The notes beneath the pieces are model-generated. The model saw nothing but the letters and a program-made list of their open reading frames with translations, was not told the origin of the DNA and did no database searches. 38,682 nt of DNA from the NCBI GenBank assembly GCA_900088475.1, contig FLMG01003090.1, positions 1-38,682 of the forward strand, written 5' to 3'. The position numbers were made by a program, and so were the translations under genes. Shown here piece by piece: positions 24,884-36,342 of this stretch. Origin of the DNA: Hyphochytrium catenoides. Its lineage: Eukaryota > Protista > Hyphochytriomycota. The first letter of the stretch is position 1; every line of letters starts with the position of its first letter.

Positions 24884-27845
24884 ATGAATAGGGCGCCCGC
24901 ACTACCTCCTGGAATGCAGCCTTTCCGCGGGCGAAAGCCCCCGGGAGAGATGAGTCGTAGCTCCAGCACTGCAGAGTCCAGGGAGAGGCTTAAAAAGTTA
25001 ATTTCTGAAGCCACGGTTGCAAGAAAGCAGCGGGCTGGCATTGCTTCTAATTTGAAGCTTCGCGGCGCTCCTCCCCTAGTTCCATTGGATAAGAAGTTCC
25101 TCACCAAAGTGAAGGGCTTGGTACAGCACTCAGACGAGCTTCTCCTGGCGGCTGTGCAGTTTTCGCTTGACAGATTGCGAGCAACAAATGCACAGGTGGG
25201 GATTTGGGAGGCGGTCCATCAGCGGGCTAAGCCTGGTATTTCCCTTTCTTCCTAGATGTGGTGCTAATTAGCCTTGTCCTCTGCTCCCCGCTCATCTCTA
25301 TGGCTCGACCTGGCTTGCTGCTTCTGTTCTACCGTTCCTTCAGCTTGGTCCCAGCTGCCCATCGTTCTTCCCTTCTTTCCATCTTTGCTCCTTATTCTCC
25401 CCTACACTAGCCACAATCATCACTCTACTTGCTATGTAACCGGCTCCTGCCCGTACTTTCGCCGGTTAATTCCTCTCACCATCTCAATTTCTCCTCCTCA
25501 GTAGTCTCGATACTACGCGCTCACTATACTACGGTACCTTGCATCACGTTCGAAGCTAGCCAGGGATAGAGTCATTCAGAGTCTGAAGGAGATCATAGAC
25601 CTCTCTGTAGGCACCACGGCCCCTTTGGCTTCTTCGTGTTCCTCCTCGTCCTCCTTACCTAGAAAGGTGCCAGGGCCATCTCACTACGCTGTCGCTCTCC
25701 GCCATGATGCGCTGGAGCTCATAGAAGATTGTCAGTATCTTGCTTCCCCTTTTTGCCTCCCTTCATCTCTCTCCTCTTTCCTAGTTTAGCTTTTCCAGCC
25801 ATTGCATTCTCTCATCGAGTCCCCCTCGTCTCAGTCCCTCTCCGCCCACCATCCCGTTGCTTTTGGCCTCAGTTCCAACCTATGAACCACTGTCATGCTC
25901 ACCCTGCATATACTTCCTGGCAGGGAACACCAAGTACCAGTACAAGGAGGTGCACGTGGCCTACCGCTTTTTGAAGCAAACATGCGGAGTCCGCTTTCCT
26001 TCGGCAAAGAGACGGGAAGAGGAAGAGAGACAAACTGTGCAGAAGGAAAAGATGAAGAAGCTCCTCAGGATAAAGTATGACCAAATTAGCAAGGAGATGG
26101 AAGAGGTCGGTCTTCCTTTATCAGGCTCTTATCCGACTTAACATCTTCGGCTTAACGTTTCTCGTGTTCTGAAGTTCTTTCCTTCTGATGCCGCACGATC
26201 GTGGTGGAGTCACGGCCTAGTATTTGTCGACACGTGGGCCGTGTGACGGGCAACTCTAACCTGCACTCTGTGGTCTGCAGTCCTTAGAAGACGTTAAGGA
26301 TACCATACGAGAGCTTCAGGAATGCTTTGACATTCTCATTCCCAAGCTAGAGAGTGAGCTCTTCTCTACCACCATTAGAAGTAGCGCAAGGCCAGAGGAG
26401 GAAGAAACTAAAGATAGGACTATGGGAAAGACGGACACTACGGCTAAGGGAGCTGATGGCAGAGGCGTACAAGGCCCAGAAGGCGTCGTAGGCGTTGGTG
26501 TGGAAGAGACGACAAAGAAAGGAGAGGGAAGCGACGAGGAGATAGAGTGGCTTGAAGCAGATGCTGTTGGAGATGAGAAAGAGGCCGACAATGAAAGGTG
26601 AGACATCCTCTTTTGCCCTTACCAGCAATCATACGAGAGTTCATCTCTCTCTCTCTTTGTGTGCCTCCTTCTCTTTCCATGACTCGTCTCTTTCTCCCTC
26701 TAATAGAGGCGATGGAGATGTGCAAGACGAGACTGAAGAAGTGACTGGAGAGGAAGCTGACGGGCATTATGAGATGGATGAAGAGGAATATTATGAGTAC
26801 TACGAGCGGGAGGAAGAACATTTCCCTGGTAGCTGCGTGTTCTTCGTAGTTCTCCCCCCACTCTCCCTAATGTGCCATGATGCTTTTCCCTCCCATCCGT
26901 AGGCCTCTGTCGCTCTCCTGTTCCTAACCGCTTCTCTCGCTATAATACTGCCCGTCCATTTCACGCGGTGTGGCCTCTAAATTTCTGGAGTTCTGTCGGT
27001 TTCCTTTCTCTTCCTTCTTTTGCGGTCGCCGTCTTTTAGTGCTTAAGTCTGGCGGAGCTTCAAAGCTAGTCAGTAGTCTCATTATCTTACATTCCATGGC
27101 TCCCAGGTCCTGACTTTGTCACTGCCACCGGGCTCGGGAGCTTGTCCTATGAGCTGGAGTTAGAGTTTGACTCCTCGCTGTCATCTCTTTCTGCCTTGGA
27201 GACGGAGGAGAACAAGCCCGTCTTTGATAGCTTGAGAGAGAGGGGAAAACTCCTTGTACAGGCATATGTTCCCCTTCTGACGCACTGGAATCAGGTGTTG
27301 GAGCAGGCTAGCGCCCAGCTGGTGGAGGAATGTAAGAGCAAAGTAGCAACGACTATGTGTAAGGGAGTTGTTTTAGGGCCAGCAAGATCGTATGTGGTTC
27401 GCATAGGGCGAGAAGAGGGGGAACCGTGAGCTCATAGGGATGACAGTGAGAGCTTGTCAGAACAGCAAAGAGGTTCTGCCTTACTATTGGCCCTTCTTGC
27501 CTTGCCTTAGTAGCGCCAGATGCCGCCAACACATTGAAGACAAAGCTAGTTGACGTCGCGGAAACTCTGTCTGCGGCCGAAACTGCCCTTGCTCAGTGCA
27601 GAGATTTGAAAGCCAAGATAGTAGAGGAAGGCAAAGAGCCCAAGGTACAATTCCTCTTCGCCTCTTAATATAAACCTTTGTAAAAATAGCTAGGACTTCT
27701 TTCCGCCGCTTGACTCTCTCACGCTCCTAACGACCTCCGTCCCTTGCTCATCTAGATAAAGGGCATTGTAGCTCTTCCTCCCGAGTCCTACCTCCATCCT
27801 CTCCCCTCGCCTCCCGCCAGTGCAAGGAAGAAACAGAAAAGATGA
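24884..27845 (+). CDS. UVSSA: UV-stimulated scaffold protein A homolog (VHS-like N-terminus plus central helical region), ~535 aa, 8 exons
   Basis: Segments KVKGLVQHSDELL...LDRLRATNAQSRYYALTILRYLASRS, ALELIEDWNTKYQYKEVHVAYRFLK, ELQECFDILIP, GLGSLSYELELEF and ETEENKPVFDSLRE match recalled UVSSA landmarks in order. Stop is TGA at 27843-27845. Confidence 0.85.
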
Positions 27846-28128
27846 AAAACCGCCTCGCAAAGGGGCACACCAGCATGCGCCATTGTGGAGACAGAGAAAG
27901 AGAAGGAGAGAGCGAGATATTATGGAAGAGCCTTCACATCTTTAGAGGTCCACATATCATGGGCTGCAAGGTAAAAACATGGTAAAGCGACACGCTAGAG
28001 CAAGGCCATAGGAGCAGTGTACAAGTGATATATTAGCCGTATTAATATAAGGAGAAAGTGAGAGAGGAGCGGGAGAAGACTCCTAAGCCCTGATAAATAT
28101 CTCTCTCCTCTCTCTTTTATTCTGAGTT

Positions 28129-31100
28129 CTATAGCTCCTCTTCTAGTGTTGTCCCGTCATCAGCAAGCTTGCTCTCGGGCCCTTTGGAGGAAGAAGAGCT
28201 CTTTGCACTTGCTGCGGAGTGGCCGCGAGGAGCAGCGGCGGACAGCAAGGGAGACGCTCGTAGTCTAGCGGCGAAGGCGGAAGCTTTCTTCTTCTTTTTC
28301 ACTGCAACGCTCTTGGGAGCTAAGAGAGAGAGAGAGAGAGCAAAGAAGGTGTGAGGATCTCCCGCGTATGCCACAGCAGGACAGAGAACCAAACCACAGC
28401 AAGAACAGAGAGAGAAGAGCGAGAGAGTCAAAGAGCTCACCCTCCGGACCGAGAACTGAGGTCGCTGCAAGCTTGGCAGCAGTAATGCTATCTTCCACAG
28501 TGTCCTCAGTAAGACTGGAGGCTCGAGTCTCTTCCTTTCCTTTGGTAGAGGAAGCTTCCACGGCCTTAGAAGAGGAGAGACACGAGAGACGAGGGAATGA
28601 AATAAGAGTTAATCTACCGCTTACCTCTCTGGATTGGCGGTATTTCGCCTTTTCATCATCCTCTTTTGCCTCTCCGGTTCTCTTTCTCTCTCTTTCTCTC
28701 TCTCTCTCTCTCTGGGTGGCTCACTTCCATTTTGTATCTCCGTGCCTCTCCTACAGTTGTCTCTTTAGTTACCTGCTTCAGGGGCGGGAGATCCGAGGGT
28801 CGTCGCTTTCGCTCTTCTCCGTTGTTATTGGCGGGCGAACTTCCCTTGTCCAGCCCTCCCGCTCTTCCCACCCAGCCAGACTCCATGGAACGCTGCTGCT
28901 GGAGCTGAGTCTCTCTTTCCTGCTAAAATGCAAGCAGATCAAATAAGCAAATGCTGGCAAGGGGACCGAGAATCTTGATAGCGGAGCCCACCTTCTCCTG
29001 CTGCTTGAGCCTCGTTTTCTCTCTCTTTCTCTCTCTCTCCGCCTTTGAGCTAACAAGACTCTTCTTTCTCCCTTTATCTTTTACTGCCTGCTTATGATTG
29101 GCAGCGCTAGACAGTGATGGCCCGGCCAGAGACGCCGACGCTGCCTTAGGGAGAGAGGAGGGTGGTCCAGTGTCCACTGGGCATGAAGAGGCAACAGATG
29201 AAGACGGAGATAAGTAAAACGTAGGAAACGCCGTGCATAGTAATGAGCTAGAGAGTGAGAAAGAGAGAGACGCAGAGTCGTGGAGAGAGAGGAGAGAGAG
29301 AGAGACGCAGAGGTACATTAAATAAGGAAGAAGATGGGGGAAGAGAGGGAGAGAGCGAAGCGGACAAGCGCCAAAGCGGACTAGAGGTGGGAGAGGACAG
29401 ACCGAAGCGAGACCGAAGACGGATCTTGGAAGATAGAAGACAGAGATCGGGCATTGAGAAAGTACCTGTCAGTCCAGCTGAGAAAGCTGCAAGAGAGGAC
29501 ACCGCAGCTGCTCCTTCTGGCTTGTTGTCCCTGCAATCTACCACGCAGATTGTCTCCACAGTCATCGAACCAGCTGCAGATGGATCCACACCTCCGTTGG
29601 AGGAAGGGGCAGACCAGACGCCAGTCCCTGCGAAGCGTTGGAAACGGAAGTGAAAGAGCAAGGCATCGCCGGTCAATAGAAGGAAACGGTGACAGAGCAC
29701 TTTTAGAACCTTGACAATAGAGGTAGATAGGAACGAGACGGAGAAATGAGACGAGAGAGAGAGAGGCACGCGACAGCGCACAGGGAGAGGGGAGAGAGAG
29801 AGAGAAAGAGAGAGAGAGAAAGAGAAGACAGAGGGAGAAGGCCGATCGACTTGATTTTGGTGACAACGCGAGAGAGCTTTGCAGACCAAAACTGACCTAA
29901 AGCCTCTATTTTCCCTCCGGCGTGTACGTATACATGCCGCACCCTTTCACTTCGTTCCAGTGCCTCTGCAATGGCCCGAATACCTGGAGAAAAGAAAGTT
30001 AACGTGAGATGAGACATGCTTCATCCTATCGGGAGACGAGAGAGAGGAGAGAGGAAGCCGCCGAGAGAGCCAGCAGAGTGGAAGCCTAGGCTAGCAGATT
30101 TGAAGACTCAGCAAAGGTAGCGGTGTTTGCAGTCTCTCACTCGCTCGCGCGAAAGAGAGAGAAGAAGCGAGAGGCAGGTCGCGGAACCAGCAGCGAGAGA
30201 CAGAGAGTGAGAGTGAGGAAGAGGGAGTAAAGAAGAGTGAGAGGAAGAGTCCTTATATTTTGGGAGACGGAGAGAGAATGAGAGAGAGAGAAAAAAAGAA
30301 TGTCAGCGGTAGACAGGAAAACGAGAGGCAAAAGAGAGAATCGCTTTCTTCCTACCTGGCTTTCCTATGTAGTTGTCCCTAAGATCAATCATCCGAAGAG
30401 AGGAAGGCCCCGCTAGCACCGCCGCCAGGGCTCTCGCTCCCTCATCAGTCACAGCGTTTCCTCTCAGATTCAGCTCAGAAATTGAGGTCTGGCCGCGAAG
30501 AAGGGCTGCTATGGCTGACACTTCTTCGTCTGTTATGCCGCTCTCTGGAAGCTGGAGCTCTCCTCCTTTGAGGCTGATGTTCTTCCCTGCCTCTTCTCTC
30601 TCCTCCTCAATCCTCTCTCTTGAGGATGTGGAGTCTGACGCTTGGCTCTGTCCCTCTTGGTCGTTGTTATTCTCAGTGCTACGGGAAGAGTTGGGCCGGC
30701 TATTCTTGGTCGTCCCTCTTTGTATCACTGACATTTTTACGGCGTGTACATAGCTGCAGAGACAGCGAGAAAGGGAAGAGAGCGACACCCACCCACCCAC
30801 NNNNNNNNNNNNNNNNNNNNNNNNNNNNNNNNNNNNNNNNNNNNNNNNNNNNNNNNNNNNNNNNNNNNNNNNNNNNNNNNNNNNNNNNNNNNNNNNNNAA
30901 GACAAGAGGAAGCACAGAACAGGAGAGCGTGTACATAGCGCAAAAGAGTCCAAAGAGAAGAGAGATAGAGAGAGAAAGAGACACACAAAGAGATAGACGC
31001 ACAGCAGAGACGAAGCGTAATGAGATGCAAAGGACGCGATAAATTTATCTGTCAGGATCTCCCTTCCCGCGCTGAAGAGAAGAGAGTGAAGACATGGCAC

Positions 31101-34100
31101 TAAGCAGGTAACACTATCAAGAGACAGAAGTGATGCCAAGAGGCTAGCTTGTCTCACCGCAGCAGCGTCCTTCTCTTCGCATCTTCTTCCTGTCCCAACT
31201 TGTCCTGCAGCGCCATAGCCTTCCTAGTGAGAAGAGCTATTTCTTCTTCTTTCTCTCTCAACTCTCTTCTTCTCCCTTCGTTCTCCTCCTGTTCCACCAT
31301 GAGAAGACCTAGCATATGTCCTAGTTTCTCTACAATCAACGCCTTGAAGTTGTGAGAGCGCTGTGACGCCTTGAGGAAGTGGTTGATTCCTAATTTGTCT
31401 AGCATTTCTTTCGCGCCATCACGTCGAGCTTTCAGCAGTATAAGACCTAAAGAGAGGTAGAGGCGCTGCGTGAGAACGACAAAGAGAGAGAGAAAGAGAC
31501 AGCAAGAGAGAGCGAGAGAGCAGACCAGATAGAAAAGAGAGGGAGCTGGAGGTAGAGAGAGAGAAAGTGGGGGAGAGAGTGGAAGAAGGAGAGAGAAATA
31601 ACAAGCAGAAAGTATGAGAAAGGCTCGCAGGCGACTTCTTACCTTGTGACGGTCTAACTTCTATGTAGAATCGTCCCCTTCCTCCATTGTTCCTCACTTG
31701 CTCAACGTCATCCGGAAGATTCTCGTCATTGGATTGCAGCTGTGGATCATCGAATGTTGTCTGCGGGCCTCCTCCTCCAGCTTTCCTTCTCTCTTCCTCC
31801 TCAAGTCTCTCCCTCTCTCCTTCTAGCTCCCCATTTGCCACTCTCTTCTTAATGGCATCGAACTGGATGCCCAGTTCCTCTAGCTCCTGCTGCTTCACTC
31901 GCATTGCCTGACAGCGTTCAATGTAATGTTAAGAATGAGAATGCAGAATGCCAAAAGGAAAGAGGAAGAGATGATCTGTGGAAGCTAATAACAGAAGAAA
32001 GAGTGTTATGCGTCTAGCTGCCATCCTGAATGACGTGAGGAAGCAACTGACAGAGAGAGACATTTCTCGACCTGCTCTGTCTTTTATGCTCTCTCTCTCT
32101 CACCGTCTTTGTCTCTGTATCTCTGTCCTTCCCCTCTCTCTCTCTCTCTGTTACCCTTGGTTTCTCTCTCTCTCTCTCTTCTGTCTGTCCGTCTGCTCCT
32201 TTGTTTCCTCTCTATTTGCAATCCTCATCGGCCCTCCTCTGCCTTCTTTCCCTTTTTCTCTCTCTCTCTCTGCCCCTCGCCTCTCTCGTCACCTGACCTG
32301 GGTTATGATCCGATTGCTCTCAGTCGTGGCGTTAAGCTTCTGGTTGAGCTCGTCGTTCCTTTCCTGGAAGGTCTTCAACTGCGCCTGCATCTTCTTCATT
32401 TCCTCCTTCTGCACTACCTTCGCCTCCTCATCCGCTTGCATCTTGTTTAGAAGGAACTTCAGGCGACTGCTCAGCGTCGTGACCTAACGAATCAAGTGTG
32501 AGTGCGTGAGAGAAAAGTCTGAGAGAGAGAGAAAGAGAAAGAGACAGAGAGACAAATCCGTTGAACGAAGAGGAAAGCAGCAGGAAAAGAGGAATAAGGT
32601 GACAAGGAGAGCGAGAGGCACAATAAGAGAGGCCCGCGAGAGGAGAGGTAACGCTTTCAGACCGCCACAGGGCAACGGACAAATGAGAAAGGGACAACTC
32701 TAAGGACAGTGGGCCTCAGGTCAGCAAGGTTGTGCCTCACCTTATCAGCGAGCTGGTTCTTCTCTTCTATCTCTTTCAGTTTGGCCTTCACTTCATCGCG
32801 GCATCTGCCGGACACAGGAAGGACGATTAGCTGGAAAAGAGTAGTGGACAGCGAAGAAGGCGCTATAGAAGTTCAAGAGTTCAATCGCAAGAGAGAAAGA
32901 AAGACAGACACAGAGATTGAGAGAGAGAAACAGAGACAGAGCGTAGGTCGAGAAAGGAAGAGAAGGACCGAGAGGAAGCGTTGAAGGAAAAGAAGAAAAG
33001 AGTCTCCCATCCAGAGCTGACCCGCACCTTGTGGAGAGCTGGACAGTATGCTTCTTAAGCGCGCGAATCTGCTCCAGCAGAACCTTTTTGTCCATCTCAG
33101 CCTTCACACGCGCCTTGCCCTCAGACGTACTTTCCTGCAATCAAGAAGATTAGAGACTGGGCGACACATAAGGAGAGAGAGAAAAGAGAAAGTGGTTGAG
33201 AGATGTGAAGGGAACAAGAGAGAGAGAGAAAGACAGGAGAAGAGAAAGGCCAAGATTAAGAGAGGGAAAGAGGAGGGACGGAACATTAAGAGAAAGAGAG
33301 TTAGAAAGAGAGAGGGACACAGAGAGAAATAGAAACGGAGAAGCGAGGACAGGAAAGAGAAGGGAACGAGAGAAGGGTGGAAGAGAGAGAGAAGCTCAAG
33401 CCCCTTGTCTGACCTGTAAAAGGCGACTGCTCTTCTTCTTGAGGCCTTCCATCTCTTGCTCTTTCTTCTTTAGTGCCTCGATTGCCTTGGTCTTACTCAG
33501 CTCGGTAAGCTTCAGTCTGCCGTCATCAGAAAGAGAAAAGGCGCAGAAGAGTTAGAGGGAAGAGGAGTACAGATATGTTTAAGGTTGAAGACAGCTCGAG
33601 TCAATCAGGAAGAAAGGGGAGAACAAGGATTGGGGGACAGAGAGTCAGAGGGGGAGAGAGACGATGAGAGCCAGAGGGAGTCACAGACAAAGACCGAGAG
33701 AGTATGAGAGAGAGAGAGAGAGTAAAAGAAAGCAAGAGAGAGAAAAGGAGCCAAACCATGTGCAGAGTGTGTCTTTAAGGAGCAAAGACAGAGGACATGA
33801 GAGGGTAGAAGAAAGAGGAGGAAACTGCGGCAAACAGCAAGGGCAAATAGCAAAAGAAAGCCAAGAATTATGGAGAAAGAGGGAGAGGGAGAGAGACAAT
33901 CGCATATTATCACCTCTCCAACAGCTGAAAGACCTTCTCTGCCATTTCTCTCAATTGCTCACTGCCATCTCTTGCCTCTGCCTCCATCCTCATCCTCTCC
34001 TGTTCCGCTTTCTCCAGCCTTGCCGCGACCTCCTGACGTGCCTTCTGCGTGTTCTCCATCTCAACCGTCAGCGCCTTGTTCGCTTCCTGTTGACTTCTCT

Positions 34101-34700
34101 TTGTCCGGATTTCCACCTGAAGCTGCGTCTCTAACTCTACATTCTTGGCATGAAGCTGTCTAAGCTTCTCTTCCATTCCCGCCACTTGGTCTTCTGCCTG
34201 TCTCTTGGCCTCATCCTGTCCCTGGAGCTTTTCTAAGAGCTGATACTGTTTCTCCTTCCTCACTCTCAGCTGCTCCTGGAGAGACTCGAGCTCTACTTGT
34301 GTCTTCATCTTCATCTCCGCGTTGGTCTGCTTTAGTTGCTCAACTTCAGCTCTAAGGAGACGAACCTCTTCAGCTCGTAGCTGTCCCTCCCGAGCTGCCG
34401 TGATAGGTTAGGATCAGCGGGAAATGTTCTATTTCTGCTCTCTCTTACTCCTCATGAACTTCGGCTCTGTAGCCTCTATCCGCTTGCCCTTCTCTAGTTC
34501 TCTCTCACCCGCTCTCTCTCTTTTTACCTCTCTCTAAGTCAACCTCTCTTTCTCTCACTTCCCATTCCTTATTTTATTACCTGCCCGAGCTGCAAGCTCT
34601 TCATGAGTCTTCGCAGTGCTAAGTAGCGCTCCGTATTTGCCCTGGAGGAGAGAAGAAACGCCGCGAGACTGAGTTACTCTTTGCGTCTATTAGCTCTGTC

Positions 34701-34743
<43 letters not shown>

Positions 34744-35592
34744 CTCCCCATCTCTCTCTTCTCTTTCTCTCTCTCTCTTATCTGTCTCTTCCTTTCTCTC
34801 TTTGTATCTCTTGACTCCTAGCAAACCAAGGCTAGCATTGTCTAACCTTAAGATCCTCCAGCTGATTCAGCGCACTCTCTCGGTCCTTCTGCAGCTTGAC
34901 AGCCTGTGCTTCCTCTGTCTCTAACAAGCGCAGAAGCTCAGCGTTCTGATCAGACATTATCTTCAACTGTTTGTCTTTGTCTTCCACCTCCATCTGCAAA
35001 TTGAAGAGAGAGAAAACCGGGGCAGAGGTCAAGGTTTGAAGGCGAGAGCTTTGTAACCCCAGGTAGAAGAGAGGAAGAGACGATGAAAGAGAGAGAGAGA
35101 GAGAAACAGCAAAGAGGCAAAAAAGACAAAGAGACCCGAGACACAGCACACACGCACGCATGGAGAAAAAGAGAAATGCGAGAAAGCCAAAGACTGGATC
35201 ACACTCACCAGAGCCTTCTTTGCTGTTGCATCTGCGGCCCGCGCTCGGCTTTGGAGTTCAAAGTTCTGATCTTTCAGCTTCCGGTTCTCCTCCTACGAGG
35301 GACACGTCAATCATAGCAAGGGAGAGACGGCCGGGTCAAGCGTAAGAGAGATAATTGACAGATTAGAAGGAGGAGAGAGTCTATGAACCTTTACGATTGA
35401 ATGGGAGACGGGGGAGATTAAGATGTCGCCCAAAGACGGGAAGACAGAAGCATCTAGTTGGAAGTCGAAAAAGGAGAGAAAGGTGAAAGAAAAGGTGTAG
35501 ATAGATATAGAAGAGAGAAAGAAGAGTAAGGGGGAGAGAGAGAGAGAGAGAAATAAGGAAAGAGAGATATCGGGGAGAGAGAGAGAGAGACG

Positions 35593-35641
<49 letters not shown>

Positions 35642-36342
35642 CGAAGAAACAAAGAGATAGAGATAGGTAGATAGATAGATAGGAAGGAAAATAGAGGTAT
35701 AGCAATCAAGAAAGTATCTCATGTCATCTCCATCTCATCAAGCAAGCAACCAATATCCGACTAGTTCTTACCTCCACCGCCAGCTTCTCCATCGAAAGAC
35801 GGTTGCCCTGCTCCTCCAACTGGTCGAGGGTCTTGAGAAGCTGAGCGTTCTGACCAGACAGAATCTTGAGCTGTTCATCCTTGATGCGAAAGGCCTCAGC
35901 CACGCGCGAGTCTTTGGATGTGACCGAGTTTGGACCCTGTGAGCGGACATTGTCCTGCTGTTGCTGGACGCTAGCCTTAAGCTAAGCAAAAGAGAAGCAG
36001 AAAAAGAGAGAGAGAGAGAGAGGGAGAGAAAATTAGCTTAGCGGACAGGAGTCGAGAACCATTAGGGAAGGGGAGAGAGAAGTCGCACCAGGTGTGGGGG
36101 TGCCCTTCCAAAAGAGGTTCAGATGAGCCAAGACCGACAAAGAAGAGGTAGAGAGTGAGAGAGAGACACAGAGTGGGGATAGAGAGAGAGAGAAACAGAG
36201 AGAGAAAGCCCACGTAAAGGGCGATGAGCATGAGACTACTACTACTCACTTGTGCTCTTTCCTTCCTTTGCTTCTCCTCTAGAGTCATGGACGTGCCTAC
36301 GATGAGGCTTGGAGCACTCGGCTGCCCCCCTGACGACGCCAT
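28129..36342 (-). CDS. Large uncharacterised coiled-coil protein with C-terminal RI-like leucine-rich repeats, ~1,070 aa, ~18 exons
   Basis: A phase-consistent chain of minus-strand exons runs from ATG 36342 to TAG 28129, with long E/K/Q/L heptad regions. LRRs: LQLPESGITDEEVSAIAALL, ISELNLRGNAVTDEGARALAAVL and LRMIDLRDNYIGKPGIRAIAEAL. The N gap lies in an intron whose flanking phases are compatible. Confidence 0.88.
34705..34742. repeat. (CT)n(GT)n compound microsatellite in an intron
   Basis: Directly visible. Confidence 0.9.

Noticed and set aside
1051-36342. Stop-codon reassignment (prompted by the TAG at 25502 and the TAG-only broken frame at 38198)
   Set aside because: Thousands of codons of conserved exons contain no in-frame TAG/TAA/TGA, and all three codons appear to serve as gene terminators. 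The standard code fits.
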